A stretch of 64,000 nt of DNA from an archaeon. GTDB taxonomy: Archaea; Micrarchaeota; Micrarchaeia; Anstonellales; Bilamarchaeaceae. Both the position numbers and the translations under genes were made by a program. The stretch lies in the NCBI GenBank assembly GCA_020053355.1, contig JAGVNI010000019.1, positions 7,707 to 71,706 on the forward strand, read 5' to 3'. Of this stretch, positions 7,667 through 17,180 are shown piece after piece (the stretch's first letter is position 1; each line of letters begins with the position of its first letter). The notes beneath the pieces were generated by a model, which made no database searches, was not told the DNA's origin, and saw nothing but the letters and a program-made list of their open reading frames with translations.

Positions 7667-10600
7667 TCAGATGGCGCCCCCTGCGGCCTCCATTTCCCGC
7701 CTCGCCCTTTCCTCGCAGTATTGCTCGGCACTCCGGGTGCTGGTCACGAAACCATCCCTGGATTCGGTGTACTGGCCGCGGTTGAATTGCTGGAGGGCCT
7801 GTGTTCCGGAGCGGTATACGTCTGCAGGAATTTCTGCCCGGTATTCGGATGATGCCTCAAGCACGGTCCGCGAGCCAGCAACGTAGCCGGCAAACGCCCT
7901 TCCGTCTAAGGTTGGCACCTGTTCCGCTACAGGAAGGGTGTAGTCCACCCGAGGCGTCTCTCCGGATACGGGTCCGCTTCCCCTGCCCAAATCCATGAAT
8001 GCGCGCGAGGTTTGGTCTTGCGGCCCTCCAGCCAGAGTGCCAAGGAAGGTGGTATGGTCGTCCATTCCGGTCGGATTAAACCCGGTGCGGGCGGTATAAT
8101 CGACCTGGCTGGCTGCGAATCGGCCCAGTGCGTAGTCGGTACGGTCCGAAGCGGACGCATCAGGAGGAAGCCTGGCCCGCGCCTCATCCTGTGCAGCAGA
8201 CCAGTCGCGGCTTGTTGTCGCAATGAAGGAAACCCGGTCTGAGGGAGCCCTCTGCTCCTCGCTCTGGCGCCATGCGGCGTCTATGGTAGCGCGTGCCGCC
8301 GGGTCTTCCGGACGTATATCAGGATGCGTGGCGGCATAATCCGCTGCAAAAGCTACTCCAGCCGGGCTGTCAGCAGGCCGGGGATTGAACGCGCCCGTAG
8401 TCATCACGCCCCTGTAAGCCATGTCTGAATCGAATGGCATGTATGTCGTCGGGTTCGAAGATATCTCCCGCGCTACCGTATGCTCGGCCGCATCGAAGCT
8501 TCTTGCGACGCCTCTTGCCCGGTCGAGATAATCTGACGCGTATGCCATTGCGGCAGGCCGGTCCTCAGCAGCGATTGTCGGGTCGCGCATGACGCGTTCC
8601 TGCACGGTGGCGAGGACCGCGCCGTCGCTCATGCCCACAAGCTCGGTCCCCAAGCCAAGCATATGCCTTGCGACGTTCGTTCCTAAAGGCGGGTCGCCGC
8701 CAGCCACGAGTTCAGGGTGCGCGGCCATCGTGGGAGCGACAGAGTCATGAATCCGGGTGTCCACTACCTCGGTTGCGCCAGTCTCCCTGCGCCCCGTGTA
8801 TGCGGCTATTGCCGCATCAGCCACCGAAGTGCCTGATGGCGGAGTGTAGCCTGTGGGAAGGATGCCAATCCGTTGCGCCTCCACCTCAGCAGTTCTACGA
8901 GTATCGGGGTTATCTGAATGCAGGTTTCTTACCACCTGGCGTTCCGCAGCGTCAATGCCATCTATTCTGGGGCGCATCGCAACCTCTATCGCGCTGGCGG
9001 TTCGCGGGTCCTCCGGATTGAATGTCGCCCCACCCCGTTCATATTGCGCACGGACTTCTTCCCGGGCATCGTAATATGCCTGTGCGCGCGGGCTCATATT
9101 TTCTGCGTTCTCTCCTTCCCGGTTGCCGGTCCGAAGGGCAGTCATGAACGCGGTGTCGTATTCCCTTGCTCCCCTGCGCGCTTCTGCCGAATATTCCACT
9201 TCGGTCTGGCCGAAGCTCGTGCCGCCATAAAGCAATCCTGCGGCGCGGGCCACATCACCATCGACACCGGCCTCGGAAAGCCTCCTCTCCAGAGTCTCTC
9301 CGCCTTCACGTCTGGCCGTGCCGCCCTCCTCAAGGGCCCTGGCAAGGTCCGGGTTCCTTTCCCGGAGCTGCGCTCCGACCTCGGTCATCACGGCAGTCTG
9401 GTATGCCTGGTTCGCCTGAACCATGTTGTTAGCAGCCTGATAGAAGCCATCCAGGTGCTCGCGCACGCCGCTTGCGTCAACAGGTGAGCCCCTTGAAGCG
9501 TTTGTGTCGAGCACGATGTTGGTGCCGGCGAGGGATGTCTGGAACCAGGTGCCGCCAGCGCCTTCTACCGGCTGGTCCCGCCGCAGGATGTCCCGGCCGT
9601 TGGCGTCGGTGGCTGAAGTGAATGCGTCGTTCTGGACGGTTATCGTGGTGCCGGCAGTAAGGCCGGTCCGGTTGGCCGGCTCGCCGGTAGGCGTGTATGA
9701 CGCATCGACCACGCGGATGGTGCAGTCGCCGCGCGCATCGCTTTTCGGCGTCCCGTCCGGATTGCGCTCCCCTTCTCCGCTAAGGTGGAGGACGTTCCGG
9801 TCGGTGACATCGACCATGCCGTACTGCTCCATGTAGACGCGCTGGGTGCGCTCGAGGCTGGCGTTCGCCGACTCCATCGTCCGGGCGGTCATCTCGCGCA
9901 TGTTCGCTGCGGTCAACGCCTGGATGCCCTGTATGGAATCCATGGAATGCCCGTCGTTATTAATCAGCTCGCGGACTGCGTTTTCCATCGTTGAAGTAAC
10001 GCCCACCTGCATGCCGGGCTGTCCCGGCTGGCCTGTCGGAATGCCCCGGTCGAACATCGTAATCTCGCCCGCCTGGCTCCGTTGAATGACAATCGTACCG
10101 ACTTCCGTGATGTTCCCCTGCGCATCCCTGCGGACTTCCTGGGTGGTCGGGGCGCGGCCGACATCGACACCGCTATAGTCCGTGATGCCTGCGGCGACGA
10201 CCGTATTGTTGGGACCCAAGCGATAATTGATGCCGACCTGCTCAACGCCTCCCGGATTGACCACGCGTTCGAAACCCGTGGCGACGCCATTCTCAAGGCG
10301 CCAGTTGGTGAGCTGCCTTGAATCGCCGCTGCCGGATGAGACATGGATTGTGACTGTCGACTCTCCGTTCGCGCCGGTGTTCTCCACGGTGGCAACAGCC
10401 CGGGCCCCTGCGGGGAGACCAAGGCCATCAGTGCTGACGTCGACGTAGCGGCTGCCCCTCACGCCCGTCATGGAGCCGTCATCATCCACGCGTGAGCGCC
10501 CTTCCGCAAAGCTGACGCTCGGATTCGAGCACATGGTCCCGTAGCGGTCAGTGAAAAGTTCTGATTCTGCGATGGCCCTTGCGCCGGTCTCCCTCCTGCT

Positions 10601-11842
10601 TCCAGCGACAGCGCTTTCCATCGTATTCGAAAGGCTGCCGAGAGTGGTGGAGAACATGCCGCCGACTGTCGAGAGGAATGATGAATCCCAAAGCGAAGCG
10701 CCAATCCGTCCCAGAGCAAGGCCGAATTCCGTCCCCCAGGAGCCCACCACCTGGCCAGCATCGAAGGCACGTCCTGCGACCGGCCCGGAGCCGGGGCCGA
10801 TGGGCTTGCCTTCCTTGTCCACCCGCCCGCCTAATGCCCTGACATTGGAGGCCTGGACATCCCGCCTGGCCTTGGAGAATGCGCCGGAGATGCCGGGCCT
10901 TTGGCGTCTTCCGCCCCCTAGGGACACGTTTTGGCTGACCTGCGTGGCTTTCCCTGACCCTCCGGCACCGGCTGTGCCCACAAGCACATCCCCAAGGTCG
11001 CGGACCATCGAATATCCGAACCATTTCGCCTCGGTAGCTTCTCCCTTCCTTCTGCCTGTTTCCTTGCCCTCGGAATCCACTTCGGGCTGCATCTCGTTTA
11101 CCGCGCTTGAGACGGACATTATCACGGATTTCAAATCAAGCGAGAAGCCCCTGCCCCTCGCCTGGTACCTCATGTGCTTGCCGACACGCGCCCCGCCGAT
11201 GTTGAAGCCGGCCCACGGGTTCTTCCCTGTGAGGTAAAGCGCCCCTGAGAGCAATGAGAATACAATCAGCAGGGGAAGGCAGAGGGCGGGCGTCGACGCC
11301 ATTCCGGGCGGCGGCGGGCAGTATGAGAGCTGGTCCACGGCGGGCAGGTACCTCGCTTCGCTTAGCAGCGCCGGAGCAGGCTTGCTTCCCGGGCCCACGT
11401 CAATCTCGTCCGCGCTGTCCTTGTCCGTTTCGATAAGGGAGTAATTCAGGCATGCCTTGAAGCCGCATTCGGGCGACGAAGGGCTGCAGAAGGGGCAGTA
11501 GAGCACCTTGAAGGTTATGCAGCCGTTCTTCCATGTGGTGAAATCGAAATGCGCGGAGCCGTTGGAATCCGTATATGTCTTGTATAGCTCCTTGAGCCCG
11601 GTCGAATTGGTCATCTCTATTATCATTATGGAATCGTTTATCGGCTGGCGCGAAACGGGCGCCGTGAGATTCTCGTAATATACGTAGATGTCGATCGTGT
11701 GGGCCGTATCGTCGTTGACTGAGAGAATCCTTGCCTGCGGCTTGCCGGACATCTCCTCGCAGGAGATGCAGTCGGACGCGATGATGGAGGATGCAAGCGC
11801 GAGCAGGACCAGGGCGATGAAGGCAAATCTCATGATAATCAT
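7667..11842 (-). CDS. Giant (~1390 aa) single-pass membrane protein: signal peptide, ~170-aa Cys/N-glyco ectodomain, one TM, ~1150-aa Cys-free A/G/R/D/E/T-rich domain; no recognisable family
   Basis: Long ORF. Real start is ATG 11842 (MIIMRFAFIALVLL...) or 11833, because the ORF portion 11843-12259 overlaps the divergent gene and promoter. TM at LCLPLLIVFSLLSGALYL. No enzymatic motifs recognised. Confidence 0.85.
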   Translation of the reverse strand: MIIMRFAFIALVLLALASSIIASDCISCEEMSGKPQARILSVNDDTAHTIDIYVYYENLTAPVSRQPINDSIMIIEMTNSTGLKELYKTYTDSNGSAHFDFTTWKNGCITFKVLYCPFCSPSSPECGFKACLNYSLIETDKDSADEIDVGPGSKPAPALLSEARYLPAVDQLSYCPPPPGMASTPALCLPLLIVFSLLSGALYLTGKNPWAGFNIGGARVGKHMRYQARGRGFSLDLKSVIMSVSSAVNEMQPEVDSEGKETGRRKGEATEAKWFGYSMVRDLGDVLVGTAGAGGSGKATQVSQNVSLGGGRRQRPGISGAFSKARRDVQASNVRALGGRVDKEGKPIGPGSGPVAGRAFDAGQVVGSWGTEFGLALGRIGASLWDSSFLSTVGGMFSTTLGSLSNTMESAVAGSRRETGARAIAESELFTDRYGTMCSNPSVSFAEGRSRVDDDGSMTGVRGSRYVDVSTDGLGLPAGARAVATVENTGANGESTVTIHVSSGSGDSRQLTNWRLENGVATGFERVVNPGGVEQVGINYRLGPNNTVVAAGITDYSGVDVGRAPTTQEVRRDAQGNITEVGTIVIQRSQAGEITMFDRGIPTGQPGQPGMQVGVTSTMENAVRELINNDGHSMDSIQGIQALTAANMREMTARTMESANASLERTQRVYMEQYGMVDVTDRNVLHLSGEGERNPDGTPKSDARGDCTIRVVDASYTPTGEPANRTGLTAGTTITVQNDAFTSATDANGRDILRRDQPVEGAGGTWFQTSLAGTNIVLDTNASRGSPVDASGVREHLDGFYQAANNMVQANQAYQTAVMTEVGAQLRERNPDLARALEEGGTARREGGETLERRLSEAGVDGDVARAAGLLYGGTSFGQTEVEYSAEARRGAREYDTAFMTALRTGNREGENAENMSPRAQAYYDAREEVRAQYERGGATFNPEDPRTASAIEVAMRPRIDGIDAAERQVVRNLHSDNPDTRRTAEVEAQRIGILPTGYTPPSGTSVADAAIAAYTGRRETGATEVVDTRIHDSVAPTMAAHPELVAGGDPPLGTNVARHMLGLGTELVGMSDGAVLATVQERVMRDPTIAAEDRPAAMAYASDYLDRARGVARSFDAAEHTVAREISSNPTTYMPFDSDMAYRGVMTTGAFNPRPADSPAGVAFAADYAATHPDIRPEDPAARATIDAAWRQSEEQRAPSDRVSFIATTSRDWSAAQDEARARLPPDASASDRTDYALGRFAASQVDYTARTGFNPTGMDDHTTFLGTLAGGPQDQTSRAFMDLGRGSGPVSGETPRVDYTLPVAEQVPTLDGRAFAGYVAGSRTVLEASSEYRAEIPADVYRSGTQALQQFNRGQYTESRDGFVTSTRSAEQYCEERARREMEAAGGAI

Positions 11843-11927
11843 AGTTTTGGTAAGTTTATAAATTTGCCACTCGGCAGGCTTCCGGGAATATCGAAAACAT
11901 TTAAATGCGTGACTTATAATTAGAGGC
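11843..11927. promoter_or_regulatory. Divergent intergenic promoter with two TATA-like boxes
   Basis: tttataaat (11855-11863) lies about 26 nt from ATG 11833 on the minus strand. cgaaaacatttaaat (TATA 11899-11905 with a purine-rich BRE-like stretch) lies about 26 nt upstream of ATG 11928. This implies leaderless transcripts. Confidence 0.6.
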
Positions 11928-13130
11928 ATGCAGCTGCGGCCACTGGCATTATTCCTATTCGCAATCATGCCACTCGCTTTTTCGGCCGCCAGCCCGGTTG
12001 ACCTGACGTTCGCCGTCCCCGTGATGGCGGCCGTCGTCGCGGCGTTCCTCGGAATCGCGAACATGCTCTCGCACTCCATCTCGGACCCGAAATTGGAGGC
12101 ATGGGTGAACACCGAGATGCGCGAATTCTTCGCCGCGGTGGTGCTCATCGTCATCATCACCGGCTCGCTGATAGGAAGCAACGGCGTCGCGAAGGCGCTG
12201 ACAGGATATGACGATTTCACCGGCGCGGCCCAGGGCGTCGTGGACGGGTGGCTCGGCACCTATGACGGCGCATTCGAGTATATAATCAAGGCCGCGGGCA
12301 GGATAAGGGCGGCCGCCACGTATTCCCCGTACCTCAACATACCGATCTGGTATTTCTCGATCAACTATTCCACGAACACGCTGGGCGGCATCGCCATAAT
12401 ACTCGGGCCGCTGAACATGGCCGCGCAGGGGCTTACGAACGCCATCTACCTTTCCGAGGGCCTGCGCATGCTTCTCGTGTTCCTCAAAATCGTGGTTCCG
12501 CACATCCTCCTGCCGATTGCTTTCGTTACGAGGCTGATTCCTTTCTCGAGGAAGCTCGGCAATACCCTTATCGCCCTCTCGATAGCGGGCATCATATTCC
12601 TCCCGCTCTCGGTCATAATGGCCAGCGCGCTAAACGGCACGATAACGATGCCGGTGCCGACGATGGACCTCAGCAGGCTCGACGCGGACCCCTGGGCGAT
12701 GGAGTTCGCCGAGCCGCTTTGCGAAAGCGTGCCTGTCCGGAGCCTGCTGTTCGTGACCGAGCAGATTTTCTCTGCAATCGTATGCCTGCCGCTCCTCCTC
12801 ACCCCGTGGACCGCCGGGCTCTACCAGGCGCCGTGCCGGGAGCCCCTGATGCACCAGGTCGTCTACCCGCTCATCCAGCTGATTTTCCAGATTGTCAGCA
12901 CCGTGCTCCTCCTGATATGGGAGATTGCGTACAGCGCAGGCATGGCCCACACGTATGCCGAGCAGGTTTTCGGGGAGGTCCTGGGGTTCCTCCGCGCGGT
13001 CAACAATCTCGTCGTGGTCGCTTACATTGATTTCATAATGGTCGGGATAATCACTTTGACCGGCGCCAGAAGCCTGTCGAGTGCCCTTGGCGGCGAATGG
13101 TACATGGCGGGGATACAGAGGCTCATATGA
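11928..13130 (+). CDS. Polytopic membrane protein, paralog P1 of a six-member family (unknown family)
   Basis: 400 aa, signal peptide MQLRPLALFLFAIMPLAFSAAS. Blocks: AWVNTEMREFF, RKLGNTLIALSIAGIIFLP, C-terminal ALGGEWYMAGIQRLI. Confidence 0.85.
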   Translation: MQLRPLALFLFAIMPLAFSAASPVDLTFAVPVMAAVVAAFLGIANMLSHSISDPKLEAWVNTEMREFFAAVVLIVIITGSLIGSNGVAKALTGYDDFTGAAQGVVDGWLGTYDGAFEYIIKAAGRIRAAATYSPYLNIPIWYFSINYSTNTLGGIAIILGPLNMAAQGLTNAIYLSEGLRMLLVFLKIVVPHILLPIAFVTRLIPFSRKLGNTLIALSIAGIIFLPLSVIMASALNGTITMPVPTMDLSRLDADPWAMEFAEPLCESVPVRSLLFVTEQIFSAIVCLPLLLTPWTAGLYQAPCREPLMHQVVYPLIQLIFQIVSTVLLLIWEIAYSAGMAHTYAEQVFGEVLGFLRAVNNLVVVAYIDFIMVGIITLTGARSLSSALGGEWYMAGIQRLI

Positions 13131-14125
13131 ACCACTTCAAGGCTTGCTTGTTCATCCTGCTGCTCGCGGCGACAGTGCACTCCAGCTGCGTCTCCGACGC
13201 GACAGACGTCGTGCTGTCCGATCAGGGTTTGCTGATTGGCATGGTGATCGGCTTCACGGCAGTCGTGCTTGCGCTCGCGTACATGATAGGCACGACGCTC
13301 GGGCACACGCATTACGTCGTCTTCGCCAAGGACGAGGCATACCATCTCGGGTTCTCAATCGTCATGCTCTTCGCCTTCAGCGCGGTCCTCATATTCTCAT
13401 GCGACCTTATGAATTACTTCTATCACGGCGTATTCGCGAACCTCGGCCCCCTTCCATCGCAGTGCTACCTGGGCGAGGGGACGGGGATGAACAGCGCCGC
13501 ATCGTGCTACATCAAGCTCGTGAAGAACGACGCCACGAGGCTGTCCAAGAGCTATATACAGAATTACCTGGATTACCTGATGGAATCCACGTTCTCTTTC
13601 AGCCTCGCCATACCGCTCTTGAACTCCTACACGGCCATTCCGGGCGCGTACCGGAGGGTCGTGTCCAACCAGTATGACATCATCCTGAACACGTTCCTGA
13701 TACCCGCGCTCATGAGTCTCAGCATGCAGAAAATCGGTCTTGATTTCATAAACGAGAATGTAATCAAATGGATTCTTCCTTCGGCCTTCGTCCTCCGGTT
13801 CTTCATACCAACACGGCAGATGGGGAACATGCTGATAGCGCTGTCGCTTGGATTGTACGTCATCGTCCCGTTCATGTATGTGTTCAACCTGGCCATGTAT
13901 GACGCGGTCCTCAGCGACTGCAACGCATATGCCCAGGCTGTTTGCGACAGCGTCGTGGACAGTTACAGCTGCTCCAGCTCGCCCGAGATTACGTGCAGCA
14001 ACCCGGACGGGTTCTGGTTCGTCGCGAGGCTTATTCCGCAGGCGATATTCCTGCCGAACCTGACAATCGCGATACTTATAACGTTCCTTAGCGCCGTGCA
14101 CAAGGGACTGAGGGTGGTCGGATGA
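13127..14125 (+). CDS. Polytopic membrane protein, paralog P2
   Basis: Start at ATG 13127 overlaps the P1 stop (ATGA). Signal peptide MNHFKACLFILLLAATVHS. Blocks: VFAKDEAYHLGF, RQMGNMLIALSLGLYVIVP. The C-terminal tail is divergent. Confidence 0.8.
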   Translation: MNHFKACLFILLLAATVHSSCVSDATDVVLSDQGLLIGMVIGFTAVVLALAYMIGTTLGHTHYVVFAKDEAYHLGFSIVMLFAFSAVLIFSCDLMNYFYHGVFANLGPLPSQCYLGEGTGMNSAASCYIKLVKNDATRLSKSYIQNYLDYLMESTFSFSLAIPLLNSYTAIPGAYRRVVSNQYDIILNTFLIPALMSLSMQKIGLDFINENVIKWILPSAFVLRFFIPTRQMGNMLIALSLGLYVIVPFMYVFNLAMYDAVLSDCNAYAQAVCDSVVDSYSCSSSPEITCSNPDGFWFVARLIPQAIFLPNLTIAILITFLSAVHKGLRVVG

Positions 14126-16197
14126 GAAAGGCTTTCCTGTTGTTACTCCTGCTTGCGGCTTTCGTTGCTGCCACGGATACGGTTACACAAACCCAGTTCG
14201 AACAGCAGACCCAGAGCTCACCGCTCGAGATTGCGCGCGACTGGAAGGTCTTGGCCGGCCTGTCCCTCATGCTTTCGGTCATACTTGTCGGAATCGGTTA
14301 CGCGATAGGCGTGGGCCTCGAGATGCCGGAGATAAAGGCATGGGCGAGCAACGAGATGGCCCAGATTTTCGCAAACGCGCTGATAATAATCGTCCTGATA
14401 GCGACCATCGCGTTAATCGACGGGCTCGTCGTTTCGATGGTGATGGGAAGCGGCCTGAACGTCCCGGCCTGCTCGACCGTCGGCCAGAGCTGCCTGCAGA
14501 ATGTGACGGTAATCTACCTGCAGGATTATGTGAGCACGGCCGAATCCGGAGCCAGGGACGTCCTCGTCAACAACATGGATGCCGCGCATGCCGCCAGCAT
14601 AAGGATCGGGCTGTACTGCACGACGGCGTTCCTTCCGCTCTTCTGCCTCCAGGCCGGATTCACAACGACCGTTGCCGGGCAGTACATGCTGGACCAGGAC
14701 ATGTATGCGATACTCTTCGAGTACTACACCGGCCTGCTCTCATCCATGGAGGCGCAAAAGTTCTTCGTGACCGAAATCTGCTTCAAGATGGCTCCGGTCG
14801 TTCTCGCGATAGGCATAGTCGCGCGCGCATTCTTTTTCACGCGGAAAATCGGCGGCCTCCTGATTGCCATAGCGGCCGGATTGATGTTCTTCTTCCCAGG
14901 GATGTACATCTTCGACTGGATAACCCTGGACATGGCCGTGAACGGGGACAAATTGATGAATGCCGACGACCCGTTGTGCCCGGCAGAATGCGGCGTCGCC
15001 GCGCCGCGCGCCTATTATGACGGCGGCTCGCTGACATCGCCCCCGGATGTTTATTTGGCATTCTCGGAAGGGGACGCCGGGGTGGCCGCCGGGATAATCG
15101 ACGGCAGTATAGCGTCAGCCACAGGCTCGAACCCGGACAGCCCTGCCAACGGCAAAACGGTGACGTCATGTTTCTACGGAGCTTATGGAGGCTGCGCCCT
15201 CGATTGCAGGGAGCTTCCGTATCCGGCCTCTTCCGGCAATTGCTCGAATATGGCCGTGGAGACGCTCTGTGCTACGGTTCCTGAGCAGTGCAAGGTGAGG
15301 CGCCTCGTGGACACATCCTCGCCTAAGTTCGACTTGAACGAGTACAACAAGTGCCCGGCGTCGTGCAAGATTGTGCCGCCATTGAAAAGCGACTGCTCCA
15401 CGGGCTCGGAGGCATGCATGGGTTCTCGGTTCGACTGCCGCCTGGCCATGCGCTCGAACCTGGACTGGAGGCCGACCACGGTCGATATAGAAGGCAGCAA
15501 TTACTGGCAATGCGTCTTCGCTGCGGCATGTCCAGCAAGCCTCGATGCCTACCAGAACTGCGTATATGTGATTCCGGACAGCGGCAGGTGCAACGACCTC
15601 TGCGTAGCATGCCCGGCCGAATGCAGGATACGCGACGCGAACCTGGCGGACCTCCCTGCGCAGTGCAAGGACGGCGACGGCAACCTGCTTTCGCCATGCG
15701 CGACCTGCCACACGGCCTATGACAGCTGCACGATAGGCATGACTGACATAACCTCGCTTAATCCGCCTGCGGAATCCTGCGGCTCATGCCCGGCAGTGAA
15801 AAGGATAGTATACTCTACGCTGCCCGAGGACTACGTCACAGGCGGCTGCTCGATAGAAGCATGCCCCAAGGATTACCGGGCGGCCATACCCCGCAACACG
15901 TGCGAGAGCTGCCTGTTCACGGAGGAATCGTACGTCTACAACCCGCCGATAAACACGCAGTGCGGGGACCAGTGCAGCTCGACCGGCAACGTCCCTGCGA
16001 AGAAGCCGGGCGAATACACCAAGATAGGCGGGGACGGCCTGGTGGGCAAGCCTGAAATCGTGAATGTGGCGAAACTCATGGTCCCGGTCTATCTCCTGCC
16101 CCTTTTCAACATAGTCACGACGCTCGTATTCATTAAAGGCCTGTCCGGCATGCTCGGAGGGGACATAGAGATCCCGGGTCTCGCCAAGGTGTTCTGA
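14122..16197 (+). CDS. Polytopic membrane protein, paralog P3, with a ~330-aa Cys-rich ectodomain insertion
   Basis: 691 aa. ATGA overlap with P2. Blocks: AWASNEMAQIF, RKIGGLLIAIAAGLMFFFP, C-terminal MLGGDIEIPGLAKVF. About 32 Cys between the block-B helix and the last TM. Confidence 0.85.
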   Translation: MRKAFLLLLLLAAFVAATDTVTQTQFEQQTQSSPLEIARDWKVLAGLSLMLSVILVGIGYAIGVGLEMPEIKAWASNEMAQIFANALIIIVLIATIALIDGLVVSMVMGSGLNVPACSTVGQSCLQNVTVIYLQDYVSTAESGARDVLVNNMDAAHAASIRIGLYCTTAFLPLFCLQAGFTTTVAGQYMLDQDMYAILFEYYTGLLSSMEAQKFFVTEICFKMAPVVLAIGIVARAFFFTRKIGGLLIAIAAGLMFFFPGMYIFDWITLDMAVNGDKLMNADDPLCPAECGVAAPRAYYDGGSLTSPPDVYLAFSEGDAGVAAGIIDGSIASATGSNPDSPANGKTVTSCFYGAYGGCALDCRELPYPASSGNCSNMAVETLCATVPEQCKVRRLVDTSSPKFDLNEYNKCPASCKIVPPLKSDCSTGSEACMGSRFDCRLAMRSNLDWRPTTVDIEGSNYWQCVFAAACPASLDAYQNCVYVIPDSGRCNDLCVACPAECRIRDANLADLPAQCKDGDGNLLSPCATCHTAYDSCTIGMTDITSLNPPAESCGSCPAVKRIVYSTLPEDYVTGGCSIEACPKDYRAAIPRNTCESCLFTEESYVYNPPINTQCGDQCSSTGNVPAKKPGEYTKIGGDGLVGKPEIVNVAKLMVPVYLLPLFNIVTTLVFIKGLSGMLGGDIEIPGLAKVF

Positions 16198-17180
16198 TGA
16201 AAGCTGCAACCGCCCTGCTATTCCTGATGATGGTGCCGCTCGCGTTCGCGGCATGGCAGACAACGGCGGCTGTGGCCATAGCCACGTCAATCGGGTTGCT
16301 GGGCGCGATATACATACTCGGCATGGGATTCGGAATCAGCGAATTGCAGATGACGGCCAAGGAGGAATTCTTCCAGCTTATCGCGGCGGCGCTGATGATA
16401 GTCTTCCTGGTGGGCGGGGATTCTGCCCTGAATGCCATTTCAACCAACTTCGGGGATAGCGGCTCGGCGACCTTGCAGGAGGCGGCGAGGGCCAGTATCG
16501 ACACCACCCTTACGGGCGTGACCGGCCTGATGACCAGCATAGAGGGCACGGACAAGGCGGCGGCCATTGAAGGCTCGAAGGCCAGCTCCTGCAGCATCCT
16601 GGGGATGGGATACTCGGTGAGCGGATGCGGAAGCTACACCATGCTCGCGACGCCGCTTTCCATGGCGGGAGGGATAACCGGTTTCGCGGTCGGCGAGCTC
16701 TACACCATGAAGCGGCTTATCCAGCTTTCCGAAGGGTTCGCATTCCCGTTCCTGCTTCCCCTAGGCATCGTGCTGAGGACGTTCAAGTTCACAAGGGGGG
16801 CCGGAGGGCTCCTGATAGCGCTCGCAATCTCGCTCCACATATTGCTGCCGATAGGCTTGATATTCAACGACATGCTCGGAGCCACGTTCCTGGACCCCCC
16901 GGGAACGGATAATGACGCGCTCTCGGCACCCTACAAGGCCGTTCCGCAGAGCGTCAGCCTCAGCTGCAACCCCGGGGACACGGGCCCGGACAACGAAAAC
17001 AACGCGGTCGGCGGGTACCATACCCTGCGGACCAATCTGCGGGTGTACCTGTTCACGATGCTCATCCAGGCGACGCTCGGCCCCGTGCTGGCGTTGCTCA
17101 TGATGTCGACAGGCCTAAGGACATTAACATCGCTCGCCGGCGCCGAGGTCGACGTGAGCGCGATATCGAGGTTCGTCTGA
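16197..17180 (+). CDS. Polytopic membrane protein, paralog P4
   Basis: 327 aa. TGATG overlap with P3. Blocks: MTAKEEFFQLI, RGAGGLLIALAISLHILLP, C-terminal LAGAEVDVSAISRFV. Confidence 0.85.
   Translation: MKAATALLFLMMVPLAFAAWQTTAAVAIATSIGLLGAIYILGMGFGISELQMTAKEEFFQLIAAALMIVFLVGGDSALNAISTNFGDSGSATLQEAARASIDTTLTGVTGLMTSIEGTDKAAAIEGSKASSCSILGMGYSVSGCGSYTMLATPLSMAGGITGFAVGELYTMKRLIQLSEGFAFPFLLPLGIVLRTFKFTRGAGGLLIALAISLHILLPIGLIFNDMLGATFLDPPGTDNDALSAPYKAVPQSVSLSCNPGDTGPDNENNAVGGYHTLRTNLRVYLFTMLIQATLGPVLALLMMSTGLRTLTSLAGAEVDVSAISRFV

Noticed and set aside
10946-10981. P-loop-like string GTAGAGGSGKA in the giant protein
   Set aside because: It lacks the Ser/Thr after GK, lies in a Gly-rich low-complexity stretch, and has no Walker B downstream. 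It is probably compositional.
11843-12259. N-terminal 139 codons of the 1530-aa minus-strand ORF
   Set aside because: This part overlaps the divergent promoter and the first 330 nt of P1 on the other strand. It has no signal or TM logic. A canonical signal peptide begins at ATG 11842/11833, with a TATA box at the right distance.
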